In this document: piece after piece, positions 61,060 through 64,000 of the stretch | How positions within the stretch are numbered: the stretch's first letter is position 1 | Layout: each line of letters opens with the position of its first letter | Origin: Adineta vaga | Lineage: Eukaryota; Animalia; Rotifera | Direction of reading: 5' to 3' | Assembly: GCA_021613535.1 (NCBI GenBank) | Contig: CP075492.1 | Coordinates: forward strand, 17,298,001 to 17,362,000 | Length of the DNA stretch: 64,000 bases | Made by a program: the position numbers and the translations under genes | Notes under the pieces: model-generated | The model's database searches: none | What the model saw: the letters and a program-made list of their open reading frames with translations, nothing else | Told to the model about the DNA's origin: nothing

Positions 61060-62063
61060 TTAACGAATGAGTTCATTAATTTTTTGTTGAAGTTCATTTG
61101 GCCATATGGCAATGTTCGCATTGTTATCATTATATTTAGATAGATATAAAGTTGTGTCACCACCATTCCGATATTCTGCAACGTGAAGTAGATAAATATA
61201 TGGTTTATTATTCCCGTAAACAAAAATAGGTCCTCCACTAGCTCCTCGTCCTGCATTACAATCGTGTAAGAAAAGTTTCGATGACAATTCTTTGATAATC
61301 CTACAATTCATTTGTGCTCCAGCCGTTTGACCATCCTTGAAATTTACCGAATAGCCGACCAGAATTCCGGGCGACTGTTTCATAATATTAATAGGAACGA
61401 TTTTTGTACCTAATCAACCTTGAGTATCACCTAATTTTTTATCTAAACGAAGAAGTGCCCAATCAGCTGCTCGGTTATCATCCGGTTGATTTGTACCCCA
61501 CCATGTATACGTCACACGAGCTTGTAGATTTGATTTTCCATTGATCACACATTTGGATAGAAATACAAAGAGTTCGTGCATAATTTATGTGTTTTCGCAT
61601 CGAGCACACAATGAGCAGCTGTTACAACTAGATCACGTCCCTATTTTTTCAAAGAAAAATATGTGCAAATCAAAGAGATATTCTTTCTATAATCTCTTAC
61701 TACAAGAGTTCCCGTACAACCTGTACTTGGTTTTCCAATAGCACTCCAAGGATAAGCAGTACTGTAACGATAAAGATATCACCCCATGTGGTGATATCAA
61801 TATATGATCATAGCCCGAAACATGCTGCTAATGTATATCATTAACTATGAGAGAAAAAAACAAACGTCATGCTCTTATATATTAAAAAAATCATGTACAT
61901 ACCTGTCATAATTTTGATCGAAAGAAAAATATCATTATCTTGCTTCTTTTTCTTTTGCCTATGTCGACATCAATCTTTTAAAAATGCAATGCATAACATT
62001 CTTTATGGATCATTCTATGCGATGAAATAAAAAACAAGCAATCAGCAACAAACCAGCATTCAT
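61060..62063 (-). pseudogene. Trypsin-like (V8/glutamyl endopeptidase-type) serine protease, disrupted
   Basis: VTAAHCV, DWALLRLD and HDCNAGRGASGGPIF form the catalytic triad motifs. In-frame TGA at 61414-61416 (G*LG); the 5' exons are uncertain. Confidence 0.75.
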
Positions 62064-62143
62064 ATCAAATAGCCTTAAAAAAACAATATTTTCAATGTCG
62101 GCTATCTCTTATTTGCAATCATAAGAAAATATGATCTTTTTTT

Positions 62144-62212
62144 AGGATGTGGGTGCGGGTGATGGTGTAGATGTGAGTGAAGAAGCTACACTCACACCCT
62201 CACCCACCCTCG
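62144..62212 (-). repeat. Hairpin element E20
   Basis: AGGATGTGGGTGCGGGTG..GTGAGTG-aagaagcta-CACTCACACCCTCACCCACCCTCG. Confidence 0.88.
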
Positions 62213-63170
62213 TGCTCTTGTTGCCTACGATACAACAGCATCCGTTAGTGGTGCTCAAACGTCCAGTTGATCCGGTGATATAAATCAAGGATGGGGTGTC
62301 TGATAACATTGGTGTCATTGATCTAAATGACAATAATTCTGAAAACTAGATTTTAAGCAAGATCTAAACTATATAACACTATCATTATTCATCATGCAGT
62401 ATAATGATTTACAAGTCACTGATTGTTTGTTACATGTATTAATTCGGCATAGTAATAAAATTGAAAGAAACCGTTTGAAAAATACGATGTAAAATACTGC
62501 TAATATATAAAAATTTGCTTTCTTAAAACAAACGATGAATTCTGTATACACTCCTGTGATTGAAAGAAAAAAATATGGGGATTTTATTATTGTACTGAAT
62601 TTTTATCTTTTCTTTGTCGTCGAGATAGTCTATCTATTTATTTATTTCGTTATCCCATTACGTTTATTCTAGAATAAAATACCATGAAAAACAGTGAATT
62701 GTCTCATCAGAGGTGATGCAGAGGAATAAAAAATCAAAATGCATACGTTCATTGCTTCACATAACGTAAACAGAAAAGAATTGGTGTGTAATCAATTCTA
62801 TAAAGTCTTCATACTTAGAACAATCCAAGAATATTGTCACAGGCTCTGAAATTCCTCATAAAAAGCTTTAAGAAACTTTCTTTGTATAAAGTCTAACAGA
62901 AAAAAGAACGCTCTATTCTTCTACGCTATTTCATAATACTTCAACTAATATTATAATAATAAAATTTTGATAAGATATGTTTTGTGCGCCTGTGTCACGG
63001 TACCATCAATGCTCATTCTAGAAAAAAGGTGGGGTGTTTTTTGAATAATTTGTGGTTGAAACAAAATAGAGAACTACCGTTTTCATCGTTGGAAAGAAGA
63101 CATAAAAATACATCAAAACCTATATTCCAGACTTTCTCAATCTGTTTGTTGTAAGGTTTTCAAGGATATA

Positions 63171-63226
63171 AGTGTTGGGTGTGTGCATTCTGATTATCAT
63201 TTCAACGCATATCCACATCCACATCC
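63171..63226. repeat. Hairpin element E21
   Basis: AGTGTTGGGTGTGTGC...GCATATCCACATCCACATCC. Confidence 0.65.
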
Positions 63227-63339
63227 AATGTCAACCTATAGAAAACCCCTTTATAAACCTTTTCTGAGACTATATTGAATTGAAAAAAGGCCTAGAGGAG
63301 AGTCTGTGTGTTAGTTAACAAACGATCCTCACAATCCCA

Positions 63340-63830
63340 CACCGACCTAACCCATTTTTTGGGTCATTTTAGGCTGTTTTGATCGATTTTCGGAACGAAC
63401 GAGAAGAGCTAAAAGAAATTTGATGATAGCACAGAACGGAACTCGTCGAACTCGATCTCAAACCAGTTTTAGAACCGTGTTACATAAGGAAGACACGAAT
63501 CCGTAAAGGATTTAATAAACTTTGGGGTGATTTGGGTGTTTTAGAGGATATTAATCTAGAAGGAGGGCTTAAGGAGAAATCTGATCATTGTAGTCGATGG
63601 ATCTCATCGAGTTCGATCTGAAACGAGTGTTGGAACGGTGTTGCGCGTTAAAGACGCTAATCGGTAACCGTTTTAATGAGTTTTGCGGGGGATTTGGGTG
63701 TTTTAAGCTATTTTTAGAGTGAAGGAGTGGACATACGAGAAATCGGATGGTTAGAATCCACGGATCTCCTCTAACTCGATTTTAAACCAGTGAGACCAGA
63801 GTTTGAACGCAAACATGAGCGAATCCTTTG
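63340..63830. repeat. Degenerate tandem repeat of about 160 bp, probably a transposon subterminal region
   Basis: GG(T/G)GATTTGGGTGTTTTA at about 63525 and 63687; TCGAT(C/T)TNAAAC(C/G)AGT at about 63452, 63613 and 63776. Confidence 0.55.
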
Positions 63831-64000
63831 AAGAAAAGTTAGCGTCCGTGTCTTATATATTCTACGTCTCACCGCTTATTGAAAGCAATCAGTTTTCTCT
63901 TATTTGATTTTCACGTGACTAACCTATCATCATTACAATAAGCAATCCTTTTCCTCGATTTGAAGGACGGTAAACAAAGACCATAATAAAAAAATAGATT

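Noticed and set aside
3489-63226. CRISPR array or bacterial contig interpretation
   Set aside because: The repeats are kilobases apart and degenerate, there are no cas genes, and the genes carry spliceosomal introns.

Overview
AT-rich eukaryotic DNA with short GT-AG introns (mostly about 50-100 nt). The gene mix points to a bdelloid rotifer (inference): rhodopsin-like GPCR expansions, LDLa/EGF-7TM receptors, NHL proteins, F-box/LRR proteins with 84-nt exons, and several bacterial- or fungal-type enzymes. The window is a dense patchwork of about 25 unrelated accessory genes in mixed orientation, many of them broken, plus transposon remnants. The main unexplained structure is a family of about 20 short (40-90 bp) imperfect hairpins in the intergenic gaps. 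Their arms resemble (TGTGGG)n and (CCCACA)n, the loop is variable, and one arm carries a conserved non-repeat tail, CCATCTTGAGGG (reverse complement CCCTCAAGATGG). They divide much of the window into units of about 1-3 genes. They often start at or shortly after a stop codon, and several have copy-specific inner stems. This looks like an attC-like gene-cassette array or a chain of telomere-capped, gene-sized modules, but no recombinase is visible here. A second pattern is that nearly all premature in-frame stops in the broken genes are TGA. All family assignments are motif recognition by eye; no searches were run.
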